Shown: in pieces, positions 20,012 through 28,876 of the stretch
How the letters are laid out: each line of letters starts with the position of its first letter
Position numbering within the stretch: the first letter of the stretch is position 1
Assembly: GCA_042408215.1 (NCBI GenBank)
Contig: JAYFMW010000005.1
Coordinates: 224,001 to 288,000 of the forward strand
Source of the DNA: Microcoleus sp.
GTDB taxonomy: Bacteria > Cyanobacteriota > Cyanobacteriia > Cyanobacteriales > Microcoleaceae
Length of the DNA stretch: 64,000 bases
Direction of reading: 5' to 3'
Translations under genes and position numbers: made by a program
Notes under the pieces: generated by a model
Database searches by the model: none
The model's input: only the letters and a program-made list of their open reading frames with translations
What the model was told of the DNA's origin: nothing

Positions 20012-20171
20012 TCGTTAAAGATTAATACTTGGGCACAGTTGATCTTGTTGGTTGTAGAAAACTCTAAGGGAGCGATCGAACTATGCGATCGGAAAAATTG
20101 CAATTTGGCGTGAATAACCCAGTTAAATGAACGGGTTATATCACGCCGGTTAATTGCTTATAAATCTTGTA

Positions 20172-20358
20172 CGGGCATGGGGCATGGGGCATGGGGCATG
20201 GGGCATGGGGCATGGGGCATGGGGCATTGGGCCTAGGTTATTTTTTATTAGAAAAACCACTAACCACTAACTACTAACTATTACCGATTACCAGTTACCG
20301 ATTACCAATTACCGATTCCCAACTACCAATTCCCCATTCCCAATTACCCATTCCCAAT
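20172..20358. repeat. STRR tracts (GGGGCAT, ATTACCG/ATTACCA, TTCCCAA)
   Basis: Tandem heptamers between convergent genes. Confidence 0.85.
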
Positions 20359-21404
20359 TATTAGTTTGTCAACAGCGGTTCTTGATAAAGTGGCACTGTG
20401 AAAGTAACGGTGGAGCCAAGTCCTTCCCCCATGCTGTAAAAATTTACTGTACCCCCCATTGCTTGTACCAGTTTTTGAGAAATAGCCAATCCCAAACCGG
20501 TGCCGCCATATTGCCTAGTACGATCGCCATCTACCTGAAAAAACGACTCAAATAATTTGTCTTGCTTTTCGAGAGAAACGCCAATCCCAGTATCAGCTAC
20601 TCGGATTTTTACCATCCCGGGGAACTGCTGTTGCTGAACTGTCACCTGTTTCTTAATAACTTCGACACTGATGCGAATTCCGCCTTCGCTGGTGAATTTA
20701 ATGGCATTTCCAGTCAGATTTAACAATACCTGAAGCAGGCGTTGGTAGTTAGCGTACAAGATAATTTCATCTTCAGTAGCGGGCTTTTGGATTTGGAATT
20801 TTAATCCCTTTTGCTGCAATTGGGCCTGTGTAAAACCCTCAACTTCCTGCAACAGTTCGTCGAGTTTGACAGGAGCAAAGTCTAACTGCATTTTGCCAGC
20901 TTCAATTTTAGCAATATCCAAGATATCGTTAATGACATTCAGCAAGTGCAGAGCCGATCGGTAAGCTTCGGCGATAAATTGACGAGCTTCTTCGGAATCG
21001 TCTGCCATCCCGTCCACCAGCAGTTTCAAGAAGCCGAGGATGCCGTTGAGGGGGGTGCGGAGTTCGTGAGAAGTATTAGCCAGAAACTGACTTTTGAGGT
21101 GGGAAAGGGCCACCGCTTCGGAGCGGGCCTCTTTGACAAAATACTCTAATTCTTGATAGAGGGTAGCGTGGGCGATCGCACTTCCGACTTGAGCAACTAA
21201 CTCGCTGGCCTCTTTGATAAAATACCCAAGTTCGATCTCGCTCCACCGAGGGGAATCTCCGCAGCGGTGCAAACAGATCAGTGCATTGGGTTCGTCTTGA
21301 TAGGAAGTAGCTGCTACCAGCACCGAGTGCCGCAAGAAGGGATCGCAAGGAGGGGAGGGGTAATCAACTGCTACTGGTTTGAGGGTAGGTGACATACTCC
21401 CACA

Positions 21405-22802
21405 TCAACCTGAGTACAGGTATGATGTGGGCTTCTTGGCAGCCCGATGAAGGGTATGCAAGATTTCCTTCGTGGTACTGTCATCCATAGTTCCTACTAC
21501 AGAAAGATTCCCGCTACGGCGTTTTATACTTGGGAAAATGTCCAACCCAAGTCTCTTTAAATTAATCGCGGCGTTGAGATCGCGGTCAACTATCAGAGAG
21601 TTTTGCTCATCCCAATAATCTCGGACACTGCAATCGGTGAAAATAATTTCATTCCGATAACTGAGAACCATTGAGGTATAAGCAGGTTTTTGTGGAACGA
21701 CGACTGATCCAGCTTTTTCGGCTATGTATTCCAGCGTCTTGAAAAATTGACCGAACGCAGCATCGAGCCAAGACTTGTTTAATCCTGATTTTGCTGATTG
21801 ACCATTGGGAAGATAATTGCCTTCATCATCTTGCTTAACTTTATTTCGTTTAGTTAAGCTTTTTAAATTTAAATCTTCGTGAAAGAAGAACTTAGCTCCA
21901 GACCTGACAAGTTTGTGGGCCGTTTTGTAATGAAAGTCTTGGCGAGAACGCGCTATTTTTTGGTGTTGTCTCGCTTCTTTTTTGGCTAATTTCCGTCGGG
22001 ACTTAGAGCCACGCTTCCGTTTGTTCCGCTTCTTTGAAATGCGGTCTAGCTTAGCTTGATTATTCCGAAGCGGTTTCAATGAAGGCAACTTTTCGCCTGA
22101 CGACGTTGCTAGGTAGACAGCTTCGTGTAGTACCGCGTCTAACCCAATTGAGTTGTCCCAGTTTGGGGTAATTTTATCAGGAATAAACTGCGGTACTGAA
22201 GCATCTTCAAGCATTATTTGGACGAACCAACCGTCAGCCTTTCTAGTTACACTAATTTGCTTGACGGCAAACCCATCAGGGATTGGACGGTGCATCCGAA
22301 CTTTTACGATACCTAACTTTGGCAGTCGGATATAAGACCAACTCTTGCGAATTAACCTAATCCAGTCGCTGTTAGCCGTACAAAAAGTCATCGTTCGATA
22401 ATCCGCTTCAGTCTTGAATCGGGGTTTACCCGATCTTCCACCCTTACTGTCTCCTATGATAAACCGCTCGAAAGCTTTGTCTACTCGCTTAGAAATATCT
22501 TGCAGAACTGTTGAATCTACCTGCTTGAAGTCTAAAAGTTCGCCACTGTGGAAGACTTTTACCAAGTCTTTTTTGATGACTGGCAGTTGCTGCTTCTGGG
22601 AGTAGTAGTTGGGCTTTGCGCGGGGCGCAGAGATGCTAGCAACCAATGGACAAGCATTTATAGCAGTACGGTTTCTTTCCCACCAATCAAATCTATCTCC
22701 CAATTGGCGATTGTACCAATAACGGCAAATTCTGAGCCATTGGTTAAGCGTTAGTTTTTGATTGGTGTCGGGATAGAATTGGTACTGGTAGGTTGCTTTC
22801 AT
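21405..22802 (-). CDS. tnpB: TnpB (IS605 OrfB) lacking zinc-finger cysteines
   Basis: YQYQFYP, IGLDAV, FHEDLN, DRDLNAAINL. Confidence 0.92.
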   Translation of the reverse strand: MKATYQYQFYPDTNQKLTLNQWLRICRYWYNRQLGDRFDWWERNRTAINACPLVASISAPRAKPNYYSQKQQLPVIKKDLVKVFHSGELLDFKQVDSTVLQDISKRVDKAFERFIIGDSKGGRSGKPRFKTEADYRTMTFCTANSDWIRLIRKSWSYIRLPKLGIVKVRMHRPIPDGFAVKQISVTRKADGWFVQIMLEDASVPQFIPDKITPNWDNSIGLDAVLHEAVYLATSSGEKLPSLKPLRNNQAKLDRISKKRNKRKRGSKSRRKLAKKEARQHQKIARSRQDFHYKTAHKLVRSGAKFFFHEDLNLKSLTKRNKVKQDDEGNYLPNGQSAKSGLNKSWLDAAFGQFFKTLEYIAEKAGSVVVPQKPAYTSMVLSYRNEIIFTDCSVRDYWDEQNSLIVDRDLNAAINLKRLGLDIFPSIKRRSGNLSVVGTMDDSTTKEILHTLHRAAKKPTSYLYSG

Positions 22803-22868
22803 TGCATCACAGGCGATACGCTTCAATTAGTGTTACTCGATCAGAGAAGACTGTTTAGTGTCAAGTAT

Positions 22869-23282
22869 ATGAGTAAAGATTTTATCCATAAAGCCAGAGG
22901 AGTTTCCGTTCTCAAGTGTCATTTAGTGTTGACAACCAAATATCGGCGAAAAGTTCTGACCGATCCAATGTTGTCTAGGCTTGAGGAGATTCTCAAGAAC
23001 TTGATGGAAAAATGGGAAGGAAGGCTGATAGAATTTAATGGTGAGCGTGACCACGTACACTTGTTACTTCAATACACACCGCAAACCCAACCAAGTAAGC
23101 CGATCAACAATCTTAAGACTGTATCTAGTCGTTATTTGCGGAAAGAGTTTGTAGATGAAGTTGAAAAAGTTTACTGGAAAGATGTTTTTTGGACAAATGG
23201 CTATTTTATTGCGACCTGTGGCGGTGTGACGGTTGAGCAATTAAAGAAGTATATTGAGGAGCAAGATAGACCTGTAGAATAA
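22869..23282 (+). CDS. tnpA: IS200-type Y1 HUH transposase
   Basis: HLVLTTKYRR, DHVHLL, LKKYIEEQ. Confidence 0.95.
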   Translation: MSKDFIHKARGVSVLKCHLVLTTKYRRKVLTDPMLSRLEEILKNLMEKWEGRLIEFNGERDHVHLLLQYTPQTQPSKPINNLKTVSSRYLRKEFVDEVEKVYWKDVFWTNGYFIATCGGVTVEQLKKYIEEQDRPVE

Positions 23283-23885
23283 GATTTGTTCGTCTCGTCA
23301 TCCATCTGTCCACTGCTCAAAGCTATGCCTTGAGATTGTGTGCAGATGGAATCCTCGTCTCACGCGCCTTTCATCCCACACTAACCGAAGCGGTATAGTG
23401 TGGGGATTCCCGTCTGTTTAGCTAAAGTTTGAATCCAGCCCGGCCGATCGGCTGCACGCAGTTCTAATCCCAGCATAGAACAGTAGGGTTCTTGGAAATA
23501 CCGAGGCCAATCTGTTGGTTTGTCAGACAGCAGCCGCCCGATCGCTAAGACTTTAACAGCTTGGCCGTTTGAGGCGACGATCGGAGCGACTGTTAAATCG
23601 AAGAGAAAATATTTTTCGGCTTGGCCAAATGGATAGCTGAACCGTTCTGGTTCGAGGGTTTCGATCGCCCGTCGCAGGCGATCGAAGTAAGGCGCTGGGG
23701 GAAGAGGTTGCAGCGTGTCGATCGCGCGGCGATCGACAATTTGTGCTTTAGTTAGATTGTATTGCTCAGCTTTTTGCCAGTAGAAAGATAGATATTGCCC
23801 AGAGATATCTTGGGTAAATACTAACTCTGCCCCTAACTCTTGGAAAAAGGCCTCAGAGTGTCGGCTCGATCGCCAGAAATCCATG

Positions 23886-24092
23886 TTAGAGTCCATCAGA
23901 GTAGGGGGGAGAAACAGCAATAGCAGTGGACAAACCCTGGGAAGACAGACACAAAGTTTTGAGTGCGTGCTCTTCGATCAAATACCGCTTCGTAACCCGT
24001 AGCTTTTGCACCGAAACCGGCCTCCCCAGCCAGCGGTTTCCCGAAGGACTATCGCCCTCTTCGATCAACTCTTCGACAACATCTGCCAGCAC
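23886..24092 (-). CDS. Hypothetical small protein
   Basis: 68-aa ORF from a GTG, in the same frame as the upstream gene; may instead be the kinase leader. Confidence 0.4.
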   Translation of the reverse strand: MLADVVEELIEEGDSPSGNRWLGRPVSVQKLRVTKRYLIEEHALKTLCLSSQGLSTAIAVSPPYSDGL

Positions 24093-24134
24093 TCTTCGAT
24101 CAACAACTGGGTACGGAAACAGGAGTGAAAGGCA

Positions 24135-24362
24135 TCAGTCGTTCCACTCGCCGCGGGGCGGGACTGGGGGGTTGCGGCGCAAGCTCAGAGCCAAATCGTC
24201 TTCGCGGCGCTCGCCTCTGAGCCACTGTCTGATTGCAGTTTCAATCACTTTGCTGGGGTCATTCGTCAAGTGCTTAATTTGATCTAGCAGTTCAGAATCT
24301 AGATGGATAGATACTTCCACTTTTTCAGAGGAACCGTGAGAGGATATGCTGGACTGGCTCAT
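24135..24362 (-). CDS. Small conserved cyanobacterial protein, ribbon-helix-helix/CcdA-like
   Basis: KVEVSIHLDSELLDQIKHLTNDPSKVIETAIRQWL...PPRGEWND; start placed at MSQS. Confidence 0.75.
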   Translation of the reverse strand: MSQSSISSHGSSEKVEVSIHLDSELLDQIKHLTNDPSKVIETAIRQWLRGERREDDLALSLRRNPPVPPRGEWND

Positions 24363-24619
24363 AGTTAAAAAAATCCTAGTTTTTTCTTTGATAACATTCT
24401 TAAGTTTCAATCTCTACAACTTGACTGGACTAGATATTTGAAGTCCATGTTTTACTCGCATCCTTTACACAACCGCTTTCTGTACAATGAGAGAGAGAAG
24501 TTTTTTCCCCTTGGGTGTCCTGGCTCGATCGGATGCGGTCGAGGATATGGACACTTTTGAGGTTGGCCTCACTTGTGGTTTCATCAAAAAAACCTTGTGG
24601 TGAGCGTAGTCGAATCCAT

Positions 24620-24872
24620 CGGTAAGTGGGAAACGAGCGCGGCCCAAGCAAGCGAGAGGGAGCCGAAGTGTTTAATTGCAGATGACAAAGCTCTTAACTA
24701 GCGTCGCATTCGCCCGGTGTCGTGACCCTTGGGACGGCTACCTATTTCTAGGTGGCGAAAGTCAGTACGGCTTGCTTCGATTACTCCGGCAGGTCCAGTC
24801 TATGAGAGGGCTGGATAACAGACCTCAATGCCCAGTAAGAGGTTTAAGCAAGCACTGTACTCTTGCTTGTGT
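24620..24872 (-). ncRNA. Candidate structured ncRNA or long 5' leader
   Basis: TATGAT -10-like box followed by successive hairpins; no convincing ORF; family not recognised. Confidence 0.4.
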
Positions 24873-24921
24873 AATCATACAACAAAAAGTATCCTTTGCC
24901 GATTAGGTCTTTGACAAAAAT

Positions 24922-26736
24922 ATGACTAACGTCCCTGTATCTCGGATTCGCAATTTTTCGATTATTGCTCACATCGACCACGGAAAATCGACTTTAGCCG
25001 ATCGCCTGTTGCAGGCGACTGGGACAGTACAAGCACGGGAGATGAAGGAGCAGTTTTTAGACAACATGGAGCTCGAACGCGAACGTGGCATTACGATTAA
25101 GCTGCAAGCCGCTAGAATGAATTATACTGCCAAGGACGGTCAGGAGTACGTGCTCAACCTGATCGACACTCCTGGACACGTAGACTTCTCCTACGAGGTG
25201 TCGCGATCGCTGGCTGCTTGCGAAGGTGCGCTGCTGGTGGTAGACGCATCTCAAGGTGTGGAAGCACAAACCTTGGCCAATGTCTACCTGGCCCTGGCCA
25301 ATGATTTAGAAATTATTACAGTATTAAATAAAATTGACCTACCGGGGGCGGAACCAGAACGGGTAAAAGGGGAAATTGAAGAGATTGTCGGACTCGACTG
25401 TAGCGACGCGATTCTGGCTTCTGCGAAGGAAGGTATCGGTATTGATGATATTTTGGAGGCGATCGTCGAAAAGGTGCCACCGCCCCAGGATACCGTCGAT
25501 AAACCACTCAGGGCGCTAATTTTTGATAGTTATTACGATGCTTATCGGGGGGTAATTGTTTATTTCCGGGTGATGGATGGTAGTGTCAAAAAGGGCGATC
25601 GAGTGTTATTGATGGTTTCGGGTAAGGAATATGTGATCGATGAATTGGGCATACTTTCACCCACTCAAATTCCAGTAGACGAACTACACGCGGGAGAAGT
25701 AGGTTATCTAGGCGCGGCAATTAAGGCAGTAGCTGATGCTCGCGTCGGAGATACGATTACTTTGGTCAAAAAGCCGGCACCGGAGCCTTGGCCTGGTTAT
25801 ACTGAGGCGAAACCGATGGTGTTTTGCGGCTTGTTCCCGATCGATGCTGACCAATTTCCAGACTTGCGGGAAGCCTTGGAAAAACTCGAACTTAACGATG
25901 CGGCCCTTTCCTACGAACCGGAAACATCGAGTGCGATGGGATTTGGTTTCCGCTGCGGTTTCTTGGGTTTGCTGCACATGGAAATTGTGCAAGAAAGACT
26001 GGAACGAGAATACAATTTGGATTTGATTGTTACGGCTCCTTCTGTGGTTTATCAAGTCACCACAATTAAGGGAGAAGTGTTAACAATTGACAATCCGAGC
26101 CACTTGCCAGATCCTCAGTATCGTGATAAAATTGAGGAGCCTTACGTGCAGGTGGAAATGCTATCCCCGGAAACTTATGTGGGGACGCTGATGGAATTGT
26201 CTCAGAATCGGCGGGGCATTTTTAAGGATATGAAGTATCTCAGTCAAGGGCGGACTACGCTGATTTATGAGTTGCCTTTGGCGGAGGTGGTGACGGACTT
26301 TTTCGATCAGATGAAATCGCGATCGCGCGGTTATGCGAGTATGGAGTATCACCTGATTGGTTATCGCGAAAATCCGTTGGTGAAATTGGACATTTTAATT
26401 AATGGCGATCCGGTGGATGCTCTGGCGATGATTGTGCACCGGGATAAGGCTTATAATGTGGGCCGTGGGTTGACGGAAAAACTTAAGGAGTTGATTCCTC
26501 GCCACCAATTTAAGGTGCCGATTCAAGCGACTATTGGCGCGAAGGTGATTGCTTCGGAGCATATTCCGGCTTTGCGGAAGGATGTGTTGGCTAAGTGTTA
26601 TGGCGGTGATATTTCGCGGAAGAAGAAGTTGCTGCAAAAGCAGGCGAAGGGTAAGAAGCGGATGAAGTCTGTGGGTACTGTGGATGTGCCGCAGGAGGCT
26701 TTTATGGCTGTGCTGAAGCTCGATCGGGATTCGTAA
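24922..26736 (+). CDS. lepA: Translation elongation factor 4
   Basis: [42 protein letters not shown]. Confidence 0.99.
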   Translation: MTNVPVSRIRNFSIIAHIDHGKSTLADRLLQATGTVQAREMKEQFLDNMELERERGITIKLQAARMNYTAKDGQEYVLNLIDTPGHVDFSYEVSRSLAACEGALLVVDASQGVEAQTLANVYLALANDLEIITVLNKIDLPGAEPERVKGEIEEIVGLDCSDAILASAKEGIGIDDILEAIVEKVPPPQDTVDKPLRALIFDSYYDAYRGVIVYFRVMDGSVKKGDRVLLMVSGKEYVIDELGILSPTQIPVDELHAGEVGYLGAAIKAVADARVGDTITLVKKPAPEPWPGYTEAKPMVFCGLFPIDADQFPDLREALEKLELNDAALSYEPETSSAMGFGFRCGFLGLLHMEIVQERLEREYNLDLIVTAPSVVYQVTTIKGEVLTIDNPSHLPDPQYRDKIEEPYVQVEMLSPETYVGTLMELSQNRRGIFKDMKYLSQGRTTLIYELPLAEVVTDFFDQMKSRSRGYASMEYHLIGYRENPLVKLDILINGDPVDALAMIVHRDKAYNVGRGLTEKLKELIPRHQFKVPIQATIGAKVIASEHIPALRKDVLAKCYGGDISRKKKLLQKQAKGKKRMKSVGTVDVPQEAFMAVLKLDRDS

Positions 26737-26750
26737 TCTGTATGTAGGGC

Positions 26751-26784
26751 TTTGTGGAACAGGCCGGAAAGCCTGTTCCACAAA
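26751..26784 (+). terminator. 14-bp perfect hairpin after lepA (terminator or REP-like)
   Basis: TTTGTGGAACAGGC-cggaaa-GCCTGTTCCACAAA. Confidence 0.65.
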
Positions 26785-26992
26785 CAGTCAGTTTTATTGT
26801 AGGTGTTTGTAGTCACCCGGCGGTTGAAACCGCGGCTACAAAAACAAAGTCCGCCTGCGCGGACTGAAGATTGGGATAACATTAGAGCCGAGTTTGTTTT
26901 GTAATTAATGGAAGTGAGATTAAGGGCGATCGCACTTGACCAAATAAATTGGTTGAGCTAAACTGAAATTTAGTTTAAATTGCTTATAGTAG

Positions 26993-27292
26993 ATGCACAT
27001 AATCAGCTACCGACGGGTGCGTGAATACAGCGAAACTCATGCTGATTGCGGGGAAACTTTGGATAACTGGTTTAAAATTGCTAGCAAGGCTAAATGGTCT
27101 AATTTAATTGAGGTACAATCTGTTTTTCCTAAAGCCGAAGCTGTTGGATGGTTTACAGTTTTTAATATCAAAGGTAATAATTATCGATGAATAGTTAGTA
27201 TTGATTATGAAAGCCAATTAGTTTATATCAAATATATTCTCACCCATGCTGAGTATGATAAGGAGAAATGGAAAAATGACCCTTACTTTTAA
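26993..27292 (+). pseudogene. higB: HigB toxin with in-frame TGA at 27188-27190
   Basis: MHIISYR..VFNIKGNNYR*IVSIDYESQLVYIKYILTHAEYDKEKWKNDPYF. Confidence 0.92.
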
Positions 27293-27680
27293 TCCAGATA
27301 AATACAAAGAGTTATTGTCTCAGTACCAGCCGAAAATAATTAGAAACGAAGCGGATAATGAGAAGGCTCTGGCTATGGTGGAAGAGTTGATGCACCAGCG
27401 CGATCGCACTCCTGAAGAAAATGAGTTATATGAATTGCTGATTGCATTGATTGAAAAATTTGAGCAGGAATATTACGCACCAGGAACTACAGCAACGCCT
27501 CGTTCAATATTGCTGTTTTTGATGGAACAAAGAGAGTTACAACCTGCTGACTTGGTGCCCGTTATGGGATCTGAAAAAAGAGTGTCTGAAGTCGTTAATG
27601 GCGATCGGGATATTGGTAAAGAGTTGGCATTGATTCTGGGGAGTTTTTTTCATGTAGAGCCGAGTTTGTTTTGTAATTGA
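27276..27680 (+). CDS. higA: HigA antitoxin (HTH)
   Basis: MTLTFNPDKY..LIEKFEQEYY..LMEQREL..VSEVVNGDR; overlaps the end of higB. Confidence 0.9.
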   Translation: MTLTFNPDKYKELLSQYQPKIIRNEADNEKALAMVEELMHQRDRTPEENELYELLIALIEKFEQEYYAPGTTATPRSILLFLMEQRELQPADLVPVMGSEKRVSEVVNGDRDIGKELALILGSFFHVEPSLFCN

Positions 27681-27736
27681 GGGAAGTGAGATTAAGGGCG
27701 ATCGGACTTTTGGACATTAAGGGCGATCGCACTTAA

Positions 27737-28291
27737 TTAACAAATAGCCGAAGCAGGCGCAATTTCGCGGAGTGGCATCAGGAATTCTTGCTTTTCTTCG
27801 GGGGTGATATAGCCGCCATTTAGAGCCATTTCCATGAGTTGTTCGACAAATCCCTTTAACTCTGTTATAACTTGAGTTTTATTCAGTTCAAAGTGTTTAT
27901 TTCTGGATTTTAGGGTAAACTGGTTTGGAGATAAATATCCAAATTCTTTGAAATTACAGCTAATTTTATCGTTGGTTAAGGGCTGCAATTCAAGAGTAAG
28001 GCACACACTTTCAACAAATTCTATTTTGATGGGTTTCCCTTGGGATAACTCACTAAGTTTTTTGGGGAGTTCATCTTCTAGGAGCATACAGATATCGGGG
28101 TCTAAAAAAACTTTTAGTTTTTCTTCACCGATTTCTATTGATACTAGATGGTCGCATTCAAAGCAAAATAGTTTCAGGCCTAATTCAAAATGCGAAAGTT
28201 CTCCTAATGAGTCCTCTGGTGGGTCAGCATATTGTTCGCCATTAGGTGCTTCTAGGTGGATGGTAAAATTGCTATATTTATTCATCTTCAT
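27737..28291 (-). CDS. Hypothetical acidic protein, probable immunity protein
   Basis: Overlaps the upstream toxin-like gene by 14 bp. Confidence 0.7.
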   Translation of the reverse strand: MKMNKYSNFTIHLEAPNGEQYADPPEDSLGELSHFELGLKLFCFECDHLVSIEIGEEKLKVFLDPDICMLLEDELPKKLSELSQGKPIKIEFVESVCLTLELQPLTNDKISCNFKEFGYLSPNQFTLKSRNKHFELNKTQVITELKGFVEQLMEMALNGGYITPEEKQEFLMPLREIAPASAIC

Positions 28292-28835
28292 CGCTCCTTT
28301 CTAATGAGGACAGCGTAGCATCATTGAGAACAGGATAAGCAGATTTGAATGTTCCATCTGGTTTCCTTCTAATAAAAGCATGGGTAACATTTTCAATTAT
28401 TGTTCCATCGGGATAGTGAACTTTCCCAATAGAACGCTTGAAATTTATAATGTAACAACCGGGATATTTCGGTGTCACTTGTTCAGCTTTTACCCAGTCT
28501 TGAGCATTTAGCCATTGGCCTTGAGGCTGATTTTTGGATGCTGCCCTGCCTCTAAAATTAAGGGGTTTCAGTTTTGGGCCATGATGGCGATCGATATGGT
28601 CGTAGGCTTTGATGGATTTTGGATTATGCCACTGAGGTTCTACTCCACTGCCTGTCCAGTCACAACCACTTCCTACTTCAATCGTTTGCTCTATTATATC
28701 CTGTTCTATAACTTCTGGAGTGTCTTCAGAAGTATCTCTGCCATTATTCAAAATAAGTGGTTTACTCCTAAATGGTATTTGATTAATGATTATACCATTA
28801 ACTGATTTTAGGAGGGCGATCGCACTTTTGGACAT
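28278..28835 (-). CDS. Polymorphic-toxin-like nuclease domain protein
   Basis: DHIDRHHG and KSAYPV motifs recall CdiA-CT RNase/EndoU-like toxin tips; start uncertain. Confidence 0.6.
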   Translation of the reverse strand: MSKSAIALLKSVNGIIINQIPFRSKPLILNNGRDTSEDTPEVIEQDIIEQTIEVGSGCDWTGSGVEPQWHNPKSIKAYDHIDRHHGPKLKPLNFRGRAASKNQPQGQWLNAQDWVKAEQVTPKYPGCYIINFKRSIGKVHYPDGTIIENVTHAFIRRKPDGTFKSAYPVLNDATLSSLERSDEDE

Positions 28836-28876
28836 GAAGGGCGATCGCTCTTATTAGTTTACAAAATATCCCTCAG

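Larger units (their letters stand above)
21389..23421 (-). mobile_element. IS200/IS605 element with divergent tnpA and tnpB
   Basis: Right-end hairpin CCCACATCA..TGATGTGGG then TCAC; left-end hairpin CCCACACTA..TAGTGTGGG; inserted 3' of TTTAG without a target duplication. Confidence 0.92.
20361..23920 (-). pseudogene. PAS/GAF sensor histidine kinase interrupted by an IS605
   Basis: 5' part 23920-23422 and 3' part 21388-20361 (SHELRTPLNG, NAIKFT, DTGIG, GGTGLGLAI) join in frame as ...WIQTLATLKPVAVD... Confidence 0.9.

Noticed and set aside
22758..22868. N-terminal extension of IS605 tnpA overlapping tnpB
   Set aside because: The ATG starts at 22869 and 22802 give normal-length proteins with a short divergent promoter gap.
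23886..24410. Stop-codon read-through joining the RHH-like gene to the in-frame downstream ORF
   Set aside because: A shared frame has a one-in-three chance, the upstream protein ends in a plausible natural C-terminus, and no recoding signal was seen.
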